A stretch of 64,000 nt of DNA. It comes from Podarcis erhardii. Lineage: Eukaryota. The notes under the pieces were generated by a model. That model worked only from the letters and a program-made list of their open reading frames with translations, did no database searches and was not told the DNA's origin. Shown one piece after another: positions 60,622 to 64,000 of the stretch (the stretch's first letter is position 1; the number at the start of each line of letters is the position of its first letter). A program made the translations under genes and the position numbers. The stretch lies in assembly GCA_964252035.1 (NCBI GenBank), contig OZ176200.1, one strand, 5' to 3'.

Positions 60622-60826
60622 CAGAGGTACCTCGGGTTACATACGCTTCAGGTTACATACGCTTCAGGTTACGAACTTTGCTTCAGGATGAGAACAGAAA
60701 TCGTGCAGCGGCGGTGCAGCGGCAGCAGGAGGCCCCATTAGCTAAAGTGGCCTTCAGGTTAAGAACAGTTTCAGGTTAAGAACGGACCTCAGGAACGAAT
60801 CAAGTACTTAACCCGAGGTACCACTG
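60622..60826. mobile_element. Tigger/pogo-like MITE, family A, with internal deletion
   Basis: TA-CAGAGGTACCTCGGGTTA ... TAACCCGAGGTACCACTG-TA. It lacks ~37 bp between two GGTTA repeats compared with the 18853 copy. Confidence 0.9.
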
Positions 60827-61548
60827 TATAGTAAAACCTTTAAGCGGCTTACAAGAAATATTAAAATTATCAGTAAAGCAATTGAAAACATCTTAAATAA
60901 TTAAAAGTAACAGTGAAAAGGATTAAAATACACCAACTATGTGTATTTTATGTGTCTTGCTAGGCTTGCCTAAACAGTTTTAGCCACCCAGAGTGGCTTT
61001 TGTGGCAACCCAGTTGGATGGGCAGCATGCATTTATTTTATTTTCTGAAAAGAGTACAGTGAAGGTGCCTGCTTGTTATCATTAGGCGGGGAGTTCCAAA
61101 CTATAGGCCCTGCCACAGTGAAATATTGATCTCTGATCATTTCCTTTCCTTTTGCTCATACCATAATGCAGTACATGTTATTATCATTTATTATTACTTA
61201 TTAAATTTCTATTCCCCCCTTCATCTGAGGATCACAGGGTGGTTTGCAATCTAAAGACACAAAAATACATGCATGCTGATCGTTGAATGGTGAAGCACAA
61301 TGGAAAAGGAATCCAGAGCAAAGCCCCTCTCTGTTTCAAGAAAAATTGGAAAATATGTGCTCAAAGACAGAGATAGATAACATTAAAAGGGAAATAAGGA
61401 ATGGTCCTTGATTGGCTGGGCTTTCTTCAAAGGATGGGGAAACCTTGTACAATCTTGCCACTTGGTTTTTCTTTTACTGTCCTAAATGAGCACTCATGCA
61501 GCACAGAGAGAAACATTTGTCCTGGTACAAGTTCTTTAAAAATATATA

Positions 61549-62000
61549 CCGTATTTTTCGCCCTATAGGACACACTTTTTCCCCTCCAAAAATGAAGGGG
61601 AAATGTGTGTGCATCCTATGGGGCGAATGCAGGCTTTCGCTGAAGCCTGGAGAGCGAGAGGGGTCAGTGCGCCTTCCCGCTGTCCCGTTGTCCCCACCGC
61701 CAGCCGCACAAGCTCGGGAGACAGTGGGGAGGTGGAGCGCTGCCATCCCGCTGTTCCCTGACCTGTTTTGGGCTTCAGGCAAATATCCGCAAGGCGTGGG
61801 AGCCCGGCGGGAAGTCGCGCCGGTCTCCCAAGGCTTGCGGAGAGCTGCCTGGTCTGGGGGCTGGGGGCTGGAGAAGCTCCGGCTTCCCCTGCCCCAGCCC
61901 CGTGCCTGGGGGGGAATAAAAATTGTTTTCTTTATTTCCCCCCCCTCCAAAACTAGGTGTGTCCTATGGGCCAGTGCGCCCTATGGGGCGAAAAATACGG
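61549..62000. mobile_element. Tc2/Kanga-like non-autonomous DNA transposon (MITE)
   Basis: 21-bp TIR CCGTATTTTTCGCCCTATAGG / CCTATGGGGCGAAAAATACGG (1 mismatch), TA flanks, GC/CpG-rich interior. The family name is recalled from the CCGTA-type TIR. Confidence 0.85.
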
Positions 62001-64000
62001 TATATAAAACAAGCCCTAAAATGAGCCAACAATTTTATGGACATAGTGCAGATGAAGAACATGTTTCTTTTTTGACATTACTGCTGCAGCATATTTATTT
62101 TCTTAACATATTTTATATTCTGGCTTTTAGGGTAGCCATCTGAAGGTGATGTACAACTAAAAGAGAACCAGTTGAAATACATTTGAGTGGCAAAAAATAA
62201 ATAAATTCAGAAACATTCAGGAATCATTGGTATAAAAACACTGTTAATGAACGGCTGGCAGGAATAAATCAGTCTTTCTTCAAATGTCTGTGCTGTAGGA
62301 GACTTTTGTCAGTTTGTAGAAAAGCTATTCCACACCCGGGGAGCCATCACTGAGAAGACCCTATCCCTTGTGCCCATCGACCTAATAGATTGTACTTGTT
62401 GACACTCACATAAGGTCCCTGTAGATTAAAACAAAAAAACAGGCAGAATAAAACCATTTAGAGGCAGCCAAAGCACACCAATTACTCCTGGTGATCACAC
62501 AGCCATGACTGAATCCCATTACCCAGACTGAATTCTTGGAAACCCACTCAGGTTAAATAACTTCATGGCAATGTCAGATGTAGTTGGAGGGAGAAAACAG
62601 CACTGGGTTCAATCTTAGAGGTCAAAGGTTGTATTCCATACAAGCAAAGGGCTTTAGAGGGTCCAGGGCATATCTATACACAACCTTAGAATGAGGTAAA
62701 CAAGTTGCCTTAAACTTTCAGTGTTGTGGGAAACCTTTTTACAGCAATGTTTCTTCACAGATACTGGGGACATGTTGGCAGGTGGACACCGAGTTCAGGC
62801 CATATTCTTGCCAAATTGCTTGAGCATCTCCGCCATCTCATGTGAAGTAACAGTGCAACTAGAAGACACCGACTGCCCAACTCTTCTTATATATCATTTG
62901 CTTCAAACATTTCTGTTGTAATGCCTACCTGACTTCAAAATAATTTTCTACTTTGTTTCTCTTAAGTGTTAAATTAGTGATTTTGTGAATTATCAATTTT
63001 TAATAACTCATAATTGTTTTTATCTGCTGAGCTTAACAGGCCGTGAGACTCAGGGAAAATAGCTGCCTAATGCCTCACTTAAAACTAACCAAATTGACTC
63101 ATTTTTTAAAAAAGCCAATTAATACTGAAAAGGCTGCCTTAGATACTTTCCATAAAGAGTAAATTGAATTTATAAAGCTCTATCATTAATCAGAAGGAAT
63201 AGTGTAAAGCTTTGAACAGCAAATATTTTGGACTTAAAGTCACATTATTACAATAAATAAAAACCTTTAAATTTAAACATGTTAAGTGCTTGGACCTCAC
63301 CAGCAGAGCATGTAATGAATCTATTTAAAGTATGTGGTGAATTAACTATCATTAATTCAAGTGCATATTCCAAAATGTGTGTAAGAAGTAGGGATGAAGA
63401 TCTCCCAAGGTTCAGTGCTCTCTTTTTTTGAAAGAAATGAGGTGCTAGTACTCCTATGCTGATACACATCCTGTGGGTGCCAGCACAAAATGGCTCCCAT
63501 GGGTAGCACAAAAAGCCCTTCTGGTTCTTTGTACTGGTGAGGACTGTCACACACAAAAAAAAAGCCCTGTCCAGGGTTATTCCTTTATTGCAGGGACAGA
63601 TCCTTGGGACTCTGAAAATGCCACACCCCCTCACCAGTTGTGCCACTGTCCCCCAAGCCACACACTCCATTCATCCTGCTTCACACACCCTTGGGTGTTT
63701 TGCTTGGCTGGAATGTCTCTTGAAGCTCTGACAATGCCTCTTGCTTGCCTGAGCAGGGGAAGAAGGGTTACATGAAGAAAGCAGTGCGCTGAGGAAAAAT
63801 AATATTTGCATTTGTTTCTCTACCCACTTTTGCCTCTAACCGCTCCCACCAGCATCATGGGGCCCACTGGAAGATTGTACAGAAGTGATGAGGCCCTCAG
63901 ACTGAAAAAGATTCTCCACTCTTTCTTCATTGTACTGTAGATTGTTCTGCCCTCCATGCCACATTCTATGAAAGGAGAAATAGGATGTGGATGAGTTCTG

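Noticed and set aside
61496-62143. 215-aa and 158-aa ORFs over the Tc2-like MITE
   Set aside because: GC-rich non-coding MITE interior; no transposase (DDE/HTH) motifs.

Overview
This is repeat-rich vertebrate genomic DNA from a squamate, probably a lacertid lizard, judged from Sauria SINEs, BovB with (CAA)n tails and the SINE/MITE types. I could not support any host protein-coding exon, so the window looks like a large intron or intergenic DNA. The main feature is a full-length, two-ORF LINE-1 on the minus strand (3359-9486) with both ORFs open, a CpG-rich 5' end, a polyA tail and a perfect 16-bp TSD. It is nested inside a 226-bp Tigger/pogo-like MITE. The rest of the window holds seven more CAGT(G/C)GTACC-type MITEs, a Tc2-like MITE, four TSD-flanked Sauria SINEs, four BovB 3' fragments, a young CR1 3' end inserted in a SINE, an L2 RT fragment, a clean solo LTR, several degraded LTR/hAT-like pieces and microsatellites. 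The best leads are: (1) a candidate intron plus uORF in the L1 5'UTR, with a possible second acceptor directly before ORF2; (2) a 55-bp inverted, template-switch-like copy of flanking DNA inside a BovB; (3) a shared N|TA target signature at the BovB/Sauria insertions; and (4) an unclassified CpG- and hairpin-rich repeat at about 34.8-35.3 kb. Family names come from my recall of motifs, not from database searches.
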